From contig CAVSIV010000002.1 in the NCBI GenBank assembly GCA_963728205.1, positions 320,001 to 384,000 on the forward strand: a stretch of DNA of 64,000 nt, written 5' to 3'. The notes below the pieces were generated by a model. The model did not search any database and was not told the DNA's origin. It was given only the letters and a program-made list of their open reading frames with translations. How positions within the stretch are numbered: position 1 is the first letter of the stretch; every line of letters begins with the position of its first letter. Positions 21,241-31,450 of this stretch are shown here, piece after piece. Source of the stretch: an uncultured Chloroflexia bacterium (lineage in GTDB: Bacteria; Chloroflexota; Dehalococcoidia; UBA2979). The position numbers and the translations under genes were made by a program.

Positions 21241-21540
21241 TCAGACCGGCCGGTGCTGCCGTGCGAGCGCGCTCTCGAGGAACTTGCGGCCGTACCGGTG
21301 CGCCGCGAGCGACGTCCACACCGCGGGCGCGACATCGGTCGGCAGGACGAGGGCGAGATCGCCGGGCTCGATCGCGGCCGAGAGCGTGTCGCGCACGGCG
21401 GTGGCCGTGAACTCGGACTCGACGAGCCAGGTCGAGTCGGCGATCTGCCAGAGCGCGACGCTGGCGGACTGCACCGCGCCGAGCAGCGTGGGGTACTCGC
21501 CCGAAGACCGGCTGAGGCGGCACACGACGGTATACAGCAC
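21241..21540 (-). CDS. Small ferredoxin-fold protein resembling orphan Cas2/VapD-like proteins
   Basis: GGAG RBS; pattern Y...Y..L..A.....W....STWLV....TA..VRD.L...I..GD..LV. Confidence 0.5.
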   Translation of the reverse strand: MLYTVVCRLSRSSGEYPTLLGAVQSASVALWQIADSTWLVESEFTATAVRDTLSAAIEPGDLALVLPTDVAPAVWTSLAAHRYGRKFLESALARQHRPV

Positions 21541-21666
21541 GCGGTGACTCCAGACAGCGCTGGGGAGCGCCTGGTGCCCGCCTAATTGCGAAGACGCTAA
21601 TACAGAATTGAACCCGCGGTCAACCGGCCGACCACCGGCCGCATCGCTCGCGGCCCGCGACCGCGC

Positions 21667-21885
21667 TCAGGGAACGGACTTCGTCGCGTGCGTCCGCGCC
21701 TGGTCATCGAGCGCCCGCTCCGCCTCGCGCACGTGTCCCAGCGCGGCCCATGCATGCGCGCCCATCCGCGGAATCTCGCCGTCGCGGACGTGGCGCGCCG
21801 CCGTGCGACAATGCTGCGCCGCCTGCTCGAGCTCGGCCGCCGCCGCCTCGAATAGCCCCGCCGCCGACTCCAGGTTCTCGCTCAT
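21667..21885 (-). CDS. Hypothetical 72-aa helical, His-containing protein
   Basis: ATG at 21885 with GAGGGA upstream; MSENLESAAGLFEAAAAELEQAAQHCRTAARH. Confidence 0.6.
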   Translation of the reverse strand: MSENLESAAGLFEAAAAELEQAAQHCRTAARHVRDGEIPRMGAHAWAALGHVREAERALDDQARTHATKSVP

Positions 21886-21913
21886 CCCCGCGTCCCTCGC
21901 ACCCGCCGCGGAC

Positions 21914-22664
21914 CTACCGCGTCGCCTCGCGCCAGGCGGCCGTCGCCTCGCGCTGCGTCGCGAGCAGCTGCTCGATGCCGTCGAACGCCAGGTCGAGCAG
22001 CGCGCGAGCTCCTCGCGGCGGAACGGGTCGCGCTCCGCCGTGCCCTGCACCTCGACGAGCTCGCCGGCGCCGGTGGCGACGACGTTGCAGTCGACCTCCG
22101 CCTCGCGAGTCCTCGACGTACTCGAGGTCGAGCAGCGGCGTGCCGTCGCACGATCCCCACCGAGACCGCGGCGACCGGCGAGTCGCAGCGGCCAGCAGGT
22201 CGGCAGCTCGCCGGTCATCTGCAGCCGCGCTAGCGCCTGCACGAGCGCGACGTACGCGCCGGTGACCGAGGCGGTGCGCGTGCCGCCGTCGGCCTGCAGC
22301 ACGTCGCAGTCGATCGTCAGCGTGCGCTCGCCGAGCTGCTTCGAGGTCGAGCACCGCGCGCAGGCAGCGGCCGATCAGGCGCTGGATCTCGCTGGTGCGT
22401 CCGGACGGGCGGCCGCGGGCGACCTCGCGCGCGCGCGCGGTAGGCGGTGGCGCGCGGCAGCATCGCGTACTCGGCGGTGACCCAGCCCTGGCCGCTTGCC
22501 GTTGAGGAACGGCGGCACGCGCGCCTCGACGGTGGCCGCGACCAGATCACCCGCGTGTCGCCGGTCGTGATCAGCGCGGACCCCTCGGCGTGGGTGAGAT
22601 AGCCGGGCTCGATGGTGACGGGCCGCAGGTCGCGGGGCGTGCGCTGGTACGAGCGTTCGAACAT
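21914..22664 (-). CDS. rph: Ribonuclease PH, many frameshifts
   Basis: [51 protein letters not shown] and VEVQGTAE in different frames. Confidence 0.9.
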
Positions 22665-22754
22665 CGGGCTCCCGTTCGGTGGTGGTCGGTCCGGAGAAGC
22701 GTGGCGGCGGCTACCGTAGCACGCGACCGCGTGCCGTCCGAGCGAGGAGCCGCC

Positions 22755-23138
22755 GTGCCCCAGTACCGCCTGTATGCCGACGACGCCGGCCGCACGCACC
22801 TCGCGCCGCTCGACCTGCTCGACCGCCCGTGGGAGAACGGTCCGGGCGACTTCAAGGGGGTGGGCGGCAGCGTCCTCGGCGATGCGACGCGCGTGATGCT
22901 GATGCGCTTCGAGACCGGTTCGCACCCGCCGCTGCATCGTGCGGTGCCGAGCCTCGCGGTAGTCCTGCAGGGGGAGATCGTGGTGAGCGTCTCCGACGGC
23001 GACGAGGTGTCGCTGCACCCGGGCGACGCGGTGCGGGTCGAGACGACCGGGCGCGGGGGCTGGCGGCTGGGCAACCGGGGCGACGAGCACGCGCTGCTCG
23101 CTCTCGTGCAGATGCCGCCGCGTCGCGCCGCCGGCTGA
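22755..23138 (+). CDS. Cupin-fold protein
   Basis: GTG with GAGGAG RBS; [16 protein letters not shown]..., [11 protein letters not shown]...LHPGD..VE..GRG. Confidence 0.7.
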   Translation: MPQYRLYADDAGRTHLAPLDLLDRPWENGPGDFKGVGGSVLGDATRVMLMRFETGSHPPLHRAVPSLAVVLQGEIVVSVSDGDEVSLHPGDAVRVETTGRGGWRLGNRGDEHALLALVQMPPRRAAG

Positions 23139-23331
23139 GGCGTCGCGGCGACGACGCGCCGCCCCGGGCGCCGCGCGCGGAGCAGCCGAGGCCCGCGTCC
23201 GCGACGCGTCACGTGCTGCGCCCCGTCCCGCTCGTTCACGGGGTGCGACCGGCACGCTTGCCGGTGAGCCGCGGCACGGTCGTGCCTACGATCGACGCGC
23301 TCAGGGCCGGCCGCCTGGGGCAATCGTCACG

Positions 23332-23856
23332 ATGCCGCCGGTTCGTCGTCGCACCGACCTGCTGCTCGTGGCGTTGCTCGTGCCGGCGGTGCTCATCCTC
23401 GTCGTCCGGGCGCAGGCGTCGCCGGGCATCCTGATCGAGCCTCGCGAACCGCTGCCGGGTGTGGACCAGGTGCGCGTGCAGGTCGCCGGCGCAGTGCTTC
23501 AGCCGGGGGTCGTGACCGTGGCGCCGGGCGCTCGGGTCGCCGACGCCGTTGCCCTCGCCGGCGGGGTGACCTCCGACGCCGACACCACCGCGGTGAACAT
23601 GGCGCGGCGGGTCGTCGACGAGGATCAGATCGTCGTCCCGCGCCTGGGCGACTCGACGGCATCGGCGCTCGTCGACCTCAACCGCGCGTCGGCGAAGGAG
23701 CTCGAGGCGCTGCCGGGCGTCGGCGCGGTGACCGCGCAACGCATCATGGACGCGCGAGCGGCGCGGCCGTTCGCCTCGAGCGACAATCTCGTCGCGCGGA
23801 AGCTCGTGTCCGCGCGCGTCTACGCGGGCATCCGCGACCTGGTCGCGACGCCGTGA
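23332..23856 (+). CDS. comEA: Competence DNA receptor ComEA
   Basis: SLBB domain VQVAGAVLQPGV and HhH domain VDLNRASAKELEALPGVG. Confidence 0.9.
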   Translation: MPPVRRRTDLLLVALLVPAVLILVVRAQASPGILIEPREPLPGVDQVRVQVAGAVLQPGVVTVAPGARVADAVALAGGVTSDADTTAVNMARRVVDEDQIVVPRLGDSTASALVDLNRASAKELEALPGVGAVTAQRIMDARAARPFASSDNLVARKLVSARVYAGIRDLVATP

Positions 23857-26159
23857 ACGTGCTAACCGGGCACCGCGTGCCGGCGGGCGTGCTCGTGCCT
23901 GCGGCGTACGCGCTCGGCACGCTCGTGGCCGCGATCGTCGGCGGCGCGTGGTGGATGACGGCGCTCGGGGCGCTGCCCGCCGCGGCGCTGCTGTCCGTCG
24001 ACCGCGCGCCGACGCGCCGTGCGTTGCTGGTCGCGGTCGTTGTGCTCGCGGCGGCGGCGGGCCACGTGCGGCTCGCCGCCGCCGACGCGCGCCCGCCGCC
24101 GCGCATCGCGACCGTGACGGGGAACCACGTGCTGGTGGGCGTGCTCCGCGACAATCCATCGATCGACGGCGTGACGGCGCGCCTCGACGTCGACCTCGAG
24201 ACGCTCGACGGCGAGCCGGCCTCCGGCGCCGTGCGCGTGACGGTGCGCGCCCCGCGCGCACCGCTCCTCGCGGGCGACCGCCTGCGCGTTGCGGGCAAGG
24301 TGGAGCGGCCGCCCGCGGTCGCGGACTTCGACTACGCGGGCTACCTGCGCAGCCGCGGCGTGTACGCGGTCGCCCGCTATCCGAAGCGCTGGGAGCGCGT
24401 CGGCCATCGCGGCGCCGGGCTCCGCGAGCCGCTGCTCGCGCTGCGGCGGTGGGCGACGGGGAACATCGAGCGCGCGCTCCCGGAGCCGGCGGCGGCGCTG
24501 TGCGCCGGCGTCCTCGTCGGCGAGCGGCGCACGATGCCGCCGGCGCTGACCGAGGCCCTGCGCGTCACGGGCACCACGCACCTCGTGGTGGTATCGGGGC
24601 AGAACGTCGCGCTACTGCTGGGCAGCGCGATCGCGCTCCTGTCGGCGGTGATGTCGCGCCGGCATGCGGCGGTGCTCTCGCTCGCCCTGCTCCCGCCGTA
24701 CGTGATGCTGATCGGCGCCGACCCGCCCGTCGTGCGCGCGGCGTTCATGTCGGTCGGCATCGCCGCGGCGCAGGTGACCGGCAGGCGCACGCCCGGCTGG
24801 ATCTACCTGCTCGATGCCGGCACCGCGATGCTGCTGCTCGACCCGACGCTCGCGCGCGACGTCGCCTTCCAGCTCAGCATGTCGGCGACCGCCGGCGTCA
24901 TGTTGCTGCCGCGGCCGCTCGGGGACCTGGCGGCGGCGCTCCCCGGGGGGCTCGCCGAGCGGTCCGGCCCGGTGCTAGAGCTCGCGGTCACGGCGACGGC
25001 CGCCACGCTCGCGGTCGTGCCCGTGCAGGCCGCGGCGTTCCAGAGCCTCTCCCTGATCGCGATCCCGGCCAACATCGCCGTCGCGCCGATCTACGACGCG
25101 ACCGTGCTGGTCTCGATGGCGGCGGCGCTCCTCGGGTGGCTGGAGCCGTGCGCCGAGCTGATCTGGGCCGCCGGCCGCTTCGTCCCCGGCGCCTTCCTCG
25201 CGACGGTCGCCGCGCTGGCGCGCGTCCCTGGCGGCACCGTGCCCGTGCGGGCGCCGCTGCTTGCCGGCATCGCCTGGTACGCGGGCCTCGCCGGCGGGGT
25301 CGCGTGGCTCGCCGTGCACCGGCCGGCCGCCGCCGGCGTGGAGTTCGGCGGCGGCGGGGTCGCCCGCACGCTTGCCCTCGCGACCCTCGCCTGCGGCGCG
25401 TGGCTGGCGGTCCTCGCCCCGGTCGATCGCGCCGCAACGCTCACGGTGCTCGACGTCGGCCAGGGGCTGGCGGTGCTCGTGCGGGACGGCGGCCGCTCGG
25501 TGCTCTTCGACACGGGGCCGCCCGATGGCACCGTGATGCAGGCGCTGCCGCGCGTCGGCCTCGGGCGGCGCCTCGACGCGATCGTGATCAGCCACTCCGA
25601 TGCCGATCACTCGGGCGGCGCCGCCGCCATCCTGCGGAGGCTCGACGTCGGCGCCCTGCTCGCGTCGCGCCAGACGCTCGACGCGCTCGGTCTCGCCGGG
25701 CGGCCAATCGACATCGGCGACCGCATCCGCCTCGACGCCCGCACGACACTCGACGTGATCTCGCCGCCGCTCGTCACGGGCGCCGACGAGCACGCCACCG
25801 TGAACGACGAGGCGCTCGTGCTGCTCGTGACGGTCGGCGAGCGTCGCTTCCTGCTCGCGGCGGACATCGAGGCGCCGGCCGAGGACTGGCTCGTCCGCAG
25901 CGGCGAGGACCTGCACGCGGACGTCATCGTCGTCCCGCACCACGGCTCGCGGACGTCGTCGACGCCGCCGTTCCTCGCCGCGGTCGACCCTGCACTCGCG
26001 GTGATCTCGGTGGGGGCACACAACACGTTCGGCCATCCGGCGCCGGAGGTGGTGACACGCTACGAGGCGGCCGGCGTGCGCGTCGACCGCACGGACCAGG
26101 AGGGCGACGTCACCGTGCGCACCGACGGCGAGCGCCTCTGGGTGCGCACCGCCCGGTGA
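23853..26159 (+). CDS. comEC: DNA internalization competence protein ComEC/Rec2
   Basis: FDYAGYL, THLVVVSGQN, AFQLS, LDVGQG, SHSDADH and PHHGS. Confidence 0.92.
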   Translation: MNVLTGHRVPAGVLVPAAYALGTLVAAIVGGAWWMTALGALPAAALLSVDRAPTRRALLVAVVVLAAAAGHVRLAAADARPPPRIATVTGNHVLVGVLRDNPSIDGVTARLDVDLETLDGEPASGAVRVTVRAPRAPLLAGDRLRVAGKVERPPAVADFDYAGYLRSRGVYAVARYPKRWERVGHRGAGLREPLLALRRWATGNIERALPEPAAALCAGVLVGERRTMPPALTEALRVTGTTHLVVVSGQNVALLLGSAIALLSAVMSRRHAAVLSLALLPPYVMLIGADPPVVRAAFMSVGIAAAQVTGRRTPGWIYLLDAGTAMLLLDPTLARDVAFQLSMSATAGVMLLPRPLGDLAAALPGGLAERSGPVLELAVTATAATLAVVPVQAAAFQSLSLIAIPANIAVAPIYDATVLVSMAAALLGWLEPCAELIWAAGRFVPGAFLATVAALARVPGGTVPVRAPLLAGIAWYAGLAGGVAWLAVHRPAAAGVEFGGGGVARTLALATLACGAWLAVLAPVDRAATLTVLDVGQGLAVLVRDGGRSVLFDTGPPDGTVMQALPRVGLGRRLDAIVISHSDADHSGGAAAILRRLDVGALLASRQTLDALGLAGRPIDIGDRIRLDARTTLDVISPPLVTGADEHATVNDEALVLLVTVGERRFLLAADIEAPAEDWLVRSGEDLHADVIVVPHHGSRTSSTPPFLAAVDPALAVISVGAHNTFGHPAPEVVTRYEAAGVRVDRTDQEGDVTVRTDGERLWVRTAR

Positions 26160-26298
26160 CGGCCAATCGCGGCGCCCGAGGGTCCGTGATCGCCCCCTGT
26201 CGCGGTACATAAGAGGCCGTCTATACTGCGGGTTCTCCCATCGGCGCCGCACGGCCCCGTCCTCGACCCGGCCGCGTGATCGGAACCGGAGCTCCCCA

Positions 26299-27216
26299 GT
26301 GCTCGGTCGCGACTTCGTCTCGATCCTCGACCTCTCGCCGGAACAGCTGGAGCGCATGCTCGAGCTGGCGCTCGGCATGAAGCGCGATGGCCCCGGCCCC
26401 GTGCTGCGCGGACAGACCCTCGCGATGGTGTTCGAGAAGCCATCGCTCCGCACGCGCGTCTCGTTCGAGATGGCGATGCGCCGCCTCGGTGGCGATGCCC
26501 TGTACCTCTCGGCGCACGAGGTGCGCATGGGCGACCGCGAGCCCGTGAAGGACGTCGCGCGCGTGCTCACGCGCATGGTGCAGGCGATCGCCGCGCGCAC
26601 CTACGCGCACCAGACCGTCCTCGACCTCGCCGCCTACGCCGACGTGCCGGTGGTGAACGCGCTCACCGATGAGGAGCACCCGTGCCAGGCGCTGGCCGAC
26701 CTGCTCACGCTGCGCGAGCGCTTCGGCTCGCTGCACGGCGTGCGGCTGGTCTACGTCGGCGAGGGCAACAACGTGGCGCGCTCGCTCGCGTACGGCTCGG
26801 TGATGACCGGCGTCGACTTCGTGTGCGCGTCTCCGGTGGGCTACGAGCTGCCGGGCGAGACGCTCGAGCGCGCCCGTGCGCTCCCGGGCGGCGGCAGCGT
26901 CACGCAGCTCACCGACCCTCACGAGGCCGTCCGCGACGCGGCCGTCGTCTACACCGACGTCTGGGCGTCGATGGGCTTCGAGCACGAGCTCGAGAGCCGC
27001 AAGGAGCATTTCCGGCCGTACCAGCTCAACGCCGAGCTGCTCGCCTCCGCGCCCGCCGACGCGCTCGTGATGCACGACCTCCCCGCCCACCGCGGCGAGG
27101 AGATCACCGACGAGGTGATCGAGTCGGAGCGCTCCGTCGTCTTCGACCAGGCGGAGAACCGCATGCATGCGCAGCAGGCCGTGCTGGCCGTGCTGCTCGG
27201 AGGGTCGCCGGGCTAA
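26299..27216 (+). CDS. argF: Ornithine carbamoyltransferase
   Basis: FEKPSLRTR, HPCQALAD, YTDVWASMG, MHDLPAHRG and QAENR. Confidence 0.95.
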   Translation: MLGRDFVSILDLSPEQLERMLELALGMKRDGPGPVLRGQTLAMVFEKPSLRTRVSFEMAMRRLGGDALYLSAHEVRMGDREPVKDVARVLTRMVQAIAARTYAHQTVLDLAAYADVPVVNALTDEEHPCQALADLLTLRERFGSLHGVRLVYVGEGNNVARSLAYGSVMTGVDFVCASPVGYELPGETLERARALPGGGSVTQLTDPHEAVRDAAVVYTDVWASMGFEHELESRKEHFRPYQLNAELLASAPADALVMHDLPAHRGEEITDEVIESERSVVFDQAENRMHAQQAVLAVLLGGSPG

Positions 27217-27254
27217 GCCCCGGCCGCCCCGGAACAGCGAAGAAGGGCCGCGCG

Positions 27255-28101
27255 GTGCCGCAGCTTCCCGTCGGCCTGACCGACGTCTTCTCGCGCCTCG
27301 ACGTCTCGGCGGTCATCGACATCACGATCGTCTCGTTCTTCATCTACTGGCTGCTGCTGCTGATCCGCGGCAGCACCGCGATGACGGTCCTGCGTGGCGT
27401 GGGCGTCCTGCTCGTCGGTGCCTTTCTCTTCAGCCGCGTGCTCGACCTGCGCATGCTGAACTGGATCCTGCGCAATTCCGTCACCGGCCTGATGATCGGG
27501 CTGATCATCATCTTCCAGCCCGAGATCCGGCGGGCACTCGAGCGCCTCGGCCGCACGGGCCTGCGCTCGATGTTCGGCAAGCGCGAGCACCGCGACGTGA
27601 TCGACGTCATCGTGCGCTCCGCGCTGCAGCTGCGCGCGCCGCGAGATCGGCGCGCTGATCTGCCTCGAGCGCGAAACCGGGCTCGGCGAGGTGATCGACA
27701 CCGGCATCCCGCTCAACGCGCTGATCTCCGCCGAGCTCCTGGGCAGCATCTTCATCACCAGCTCGCCGCTACACGACGGGGCGGTCGTGGTGCGCGGCGA
27801 TCGCATCATCGCCGCCGGCTGCACGCTGCCGCTGTCCGAGGCGCCCCTGCCGGCGGAGTACGGCATGCGGCACCGAGCGGCCCTCGGCCTCGCCGAGCGG
27901 ACCGACTGCGTGGTGGTGATCGTCTCCGAGGAGCGGGGCGAGGTGTCGATCGCGTCCAACGGCCGCATGGCGCCGGCGCTCGACGAGAGCCAGCTGAGCC
28001 GCCAGCTCCATCGCCTCTTCGGCCTCGAGCCCGAGGCACCCGCTCCCGATGATGCACCCCCGTCGGCGGCGGCGGGCGGGCTGGAGCGCCGGGCCAGCTG
28101 A
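27255..28101 (+). CDS. cdaA: Diadenylate cyclase CdaA; frameshift near 27635
   Basis: Three TMs, IIFQPEIRRALERLG, PLHDGAV and GMRHRAA. Confidence 0.92.
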
Positions 28102-28103
28102 GC

Positions 28104-29402
28104 ATGCATCGACCCGACTTCAGTCGAAAGCGGCGCGGCGAGGCGCTGGGCATCGCCCGCGGCCTCGGCACGCGCTCGTGGTCCGCGATCCGCAACTCCC
28201 CGGGACTGCTCGTGCTCGCCTTCTTCCTCGGCGCCTCGCTGTGGGTCTTCGTTACCGACACCGAGAACCCGACGGTCGTCGACCTCTTCCCCTCGCCCAT
28301 CCCCGTGCAGGCGGTGAACGTCGGCGAGAACCTCGCGGTCGCGAACCAGCTCTCCTCGGTCGACATCCGCGTCGCCGCGCCCCGCGATCGCTGGTCGCAG
28401 CTCACCTCCGCGAACTTCCACGCCTTCGTCGACCTCAAGAGCCTCGACGCCCGCGAGCAGCAGGTGCGCGTGCAGGTCGAGGTCGTGGGCACGAGCGGCG
28501 TGCGCGTCGTCGAGGTGCTGCCGCGCACGATCGTCGTGAACCTCGAGGACTACGTGTCGAAGGACGTCCCCGTGTCCGCGGCGATTACCGGGTCCGTGCC
28601 GATCGGCTACGAGATCGGCGACGCCAAGCCGGAGACGGCGACCGTGAAGGTCGAGGGCCCGCGGTCGCTCGTCGATCTCGTGAAGGAGGCCGCCGCCACC
28701 GTGAACGTGACAGGCCTCACGCTCGACTTCGACGCGAGCGTCACACTGTCGGCGCAGGGCGCCGGCGGCGGCGAGATCCGCGGCGTGCGGATCACCCCGT
28801 CGGCCGTGCGCGTGAAGGTGACGATCCTGCAGCGCACCCTCTATCGGACGCTGCCGCTGTCCGTGAAGGTGACCGGCGACCCCGCGTCCGGCTATCGCGT
28901 CACCGGCGTGACCGTGTCGCCGACGACCATCGACGTGCAGGGCAAGATCCAGGCGCTGCAATCGCTCGACGTGCTCGGCCTGCCGGCGGTCGACATCACC
29001 GGCCAGCGCTCCGACGTCGTACGCGCCGTCCAGATCACGCTCCCGAGCGGCGTGTCCACGACGTCCGACTCCTCCGCGACGGTCACGATCACGATCGCGC
29101 CGGTGACCGGCTCGACGCGCATCGAGGTCGCTCCCACCGTGGCGAACGCGCCGGGGGGCACCGACGTCACCGTGGAGCGGTCGGCGGTGTCGGTGACGCT
29201 GCAGGGCCCGGTCCCGGCGCTCAATACGTTGACCCCCAACGATGTGAAGGTCACGCTCGACCTCAAGGGACTCGGTGAAGGGACATTCAACGTCGTGCCG
29301 AAGGTGCAGGTGCCGGACGGCATGACCGTGCTCAGCATCGATCCGCAAACGGTGACCGTGACGCTGCGCCCGAAGCGCGGAACGGCGACGGCTACCCCAT
29401 GA
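28104..29402 (+). CDS. cdaR: CdaR/YbbR-domain regulator of diadenylate cyclase
   Basis: Single TM (SLWVFV) followed by repeated beta-rich YbbR-like domains; follows cdaA. Confidence 0.85.
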   Translation: MHRPDFSRKRRGEALGIARGLGTRSWSAIRNSPGLLVLAFFLGASLWVFVTDTENPTVVDLFPSPIPVQAVNVGENLAVANQLSSVDIRVAAPRDRWSQLTSANFHAFVDLKSLDAREQQVRVQVEVVGTSGVRVVEVLPRTIVVNLEDYVSKDVPVSAAITGSVPIGYEIGDAKPETATVKVEGPRSLVDLVKEAAATVNVTGLTLDFDASVTLSAQGAGGGEIRGVRITPSAVRVKVTILQRTLYRTLPLSVKVTGDPASGYRVTGVTVSPTTIDVQGKIQALQSLDVLGLPAVDITGQRSDVVRAVQITLPSGVSTTSDSSATVTITIAPVTGSTRIEVAPTVANAPGGTDVTVERSAVSVTLQGPVPALNTLTPNDVKVTLDLKGLGEGTFNVVPKVQVPDGMTVLSIDPQTVTVTLRPKRGTATATP

Positions 29403-30751
29403 CCACTTCCGCGCATCGCTCGACGGCCCCGCTCGTCGCCATCGTCGGACGTCCGAACGTCGGCAAGTCCGCGCTCTTCAACCGGCTCACGCGGTCGAAC
29501 CGTGCCCTCGTCGAGGACCTCCCGGGCACGACCCGCGACCGCAACTACGGCAGCTTCGAGTGGAACGGCCGGTTCGTGCGCGTCGTCGACACGGGCGGCC
29601 TGATGGGCCCGGAGGACGACCCATTCGGCCCGCAGGTGCGCGCCGGCGTGGAGCAGGCGCTGGGCGAGGCGAGCGCCGCGCTCTTTCTCGTCGACCCCGC
29701 GACCGGTCTCAGCTCCGTCGACGAGGACATCGCGCGCCTCCTGCACCGCACGGGCCTCCCCGTGCTGCTCGTCGCGACCAAGGAGGACATCAGCCGCACG
29801 CGCGACGCCCTGACCGAGCTCTACAGCCTCGGCTTCGGCCAGCCGCACTCGGTCTCCGCGCTGCACGGCCGCGGCGTGGGCGACCTGATGGACGCGATCC
29901 TCGAGGTCGTCGACGGCGCGCCCGAGCCCGACCTGCCGCGCGGCATCCACATCGCCATCGTTGGCCGGCCGAACGTCGGGAAGTCGTCGCTCGTCAACGC
30001 GATCCTCGGCGAGGAGCGCACGATCGTCTCCGACATTCCCGGGACGACGCGCGACCCTGTCGACACCGCGCTCCGGTTCGCCGGGCACGACATGGTGCTG
30101 GTCGACACCGCCGGCATCCGCCGCCGCGGCCGCGTCGAGCGCGGTGTCGAGCGCCACTCCGTGCAGCGGGCGCAGCACGCGATCGACCGCGCGGACGTCG
30201 TCTTCCTCGTGATCGACCAGGGCGAGTCGACCGCCGCGCAGGACCAGCACATCGCCGGCTACGTCGTCGACGAGGGCAAGGGCATGGTCCTCGTCGTGAA
30301 CAAGTGGGACCTGAGCGAGCCCGGCACGGACCGGCACCTGTTTGCGAAGTCGCTCGACCTGCACTACCGCTTCGCGCCGTGGGCGCCGATCCAGTTCACG
30401 TCCGCGCGCACGGGCGAGGGCATCGCGGACCTGCTCCAGCTCGCGGTGCACATCGCCGAGGTGCGCGAGCGGCGCATCCAGACGTCCGAGCTGAACCGCG
30501 TCGTGCACCGCGCGACGGCCGAGCACGCGCCGCCGACGTCGGGCAGCCGCCGCCTCAAGGTGCTGTACGCGACGCAGGCGGACGTGAAGCCGCCAACGTT
30601 CGTGATCTTCGTGAACGACCCGGAGCTGCTGCACTTCTCGTATCGGCGCTACCTGGAGAATAGAATCAGGGCGGCGTTCGACTTCGAGGGGACGGCCATC
30701 AAGCTCGTGGTCCGTCGGCGGTCCGAGGACGAAGACGAGGTGACCGCATGA
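29399..30751 (+). CDS. der: Ribosome biogenesis GTPase Der
   Basis: Two GRPNVGKS P-loops, two GTTRD motifs, DTGG/DTAG and a KH-like C-terminus. Confidence 0.97.
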   Translation: MTTSAHRSTAPLVAIVGRPNVGKSALFNRLTRSNRALVEDLPGTTRDRNYGSFEWNGRFVRVVDTGGLMGPEDDPFGPQVRAGVEQALGEASAALFLVDPATGLSSVDEDIARLLHRTGLPVLLVATKEDISRTRDALTELYSLGFGQPHSVSALHGRGVGDLMDAILEVVDGAPEPDLPRGIHIAIVGRPNVGKSSLVNAILGEERTIVSDIPGTTRDPVDTALRFAGHDMVLVDTAGIRRRGRVERGVERHSVQRAQHAIDRADVVFLVIDQGESTAAQDQHIAGYVVDEGKGMVLVVNKWDLSEPGTDRHLFAKSLDLHYRFAPWAPIQFTSARTGEGIADLLQLAVHIAEVRERRIQTSELNRVVHRATAEHAPPTSGSRRLKVLYATQADVKPPTFVIFVNDPELLHFSYRRYLENRIRAAFDFEGTAIKLVVRRRSEDEDEVTA

Positions 30752-31374
30752 TCGAGGTGCTCGGCGCGCTCATCGGCTACCTGCTCGGATCGATTCCCGT
30801 GGGACTGCTCGTCGGACGGCTCGCGGGCATCGACGACGTGCGCAAGTACGGCTCGGGCAAGACGGGGTTCACGAACGCGCTGCGCACGCTCGGCGCGCGC
30901 TGGGCGGTGCTGGTCGTGGTGCTCGACGTGGCGAAGGGCGCGGCGCCCGTGCTGATCGGCCGCTTCGTCTTCGGCGAGCCGTGGGCGGCGGCGCTGGGCG
31001 GTGTGGCGGCGGTGATCGGACACACGTGGCCGGCGTTCGCCGGCTTCCGCGGCGGCCGCGGCGTGGCGACGGCGTACGGTGCGTTTCTCGCGGTGAGCCC
31101 GCCGGCGGCGCTCGCGGTCGGCGTGGTCGCGGCCGCCGTGCTCGCGATCTGGCGCTACGCGTCGCTGATGTCGGTGGTCGGCGTATTCATCGGCTTCGTC
31201 GTGCTCGTCGGGCTCGTGTTCGCGGGACGGGCGGCGCCCGAGTACCTGCTGTTCGGCGTGCTCACCATGCTGGCCGTCGAGCTCAACCACATCGGCAACA
31301 TTCGCCGGTTGCTGGCGGGCACCGAACCCAAGCTCGGGCAGGGCGGCTCGCAGCGGCCGCCGGCCTCCGCCTGA
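30748..31374 (+). CDS. plsY: Glycerol-3-phosphate acyltransferase PlsY
   Basis: YLLGSIP, GSGKTGFTN, FRGGRGVAT and HIGNIRRL. Confidence 0.95.
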   Translation: MIEVLGALIGYLLGSIPVGLLVGRLAGIDDVRKYGSGKTGFTNALRTLGARWAVLVVVLDVAKGAAPVLIGRFVFGEPWAAALGGVAAVIGHTWPAFAGFRGGRGVATAYGAFLAVSPPAALAVGVVAAAVLAIWRYASLMSVVGVFIGFVVLVGLVFAGRAAPEYLLFGVLTMLAVELNHIGNIRRLLAGTEPKLGQGGSQRPPASA

Positions 31375-31450
31375 CGTCGCTGCTCGTGGCACGTCGCACC
31401 ACCGTGACCCATGGCCGCGCCTCCGCGCTCCGTGCGGGCGGAGCGGTCGC

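Noticed and set aside
21914-22664. rph as a decaying pseudogene
   Set aside because: Motifs are intact with normal codon bias and the indels fall in GC-rich runs; long-read consensus error is more likely
9625-28101. Programmed frameshifting or pseudogenisation in mutS2, selA, EAL-HDOD, MDMPI and cdaA (also the prenyl synthase near 56615)
   Set aside because: No slippery heptamers seen; unrelated conserved genes are all affected, pointing to sequencing indels
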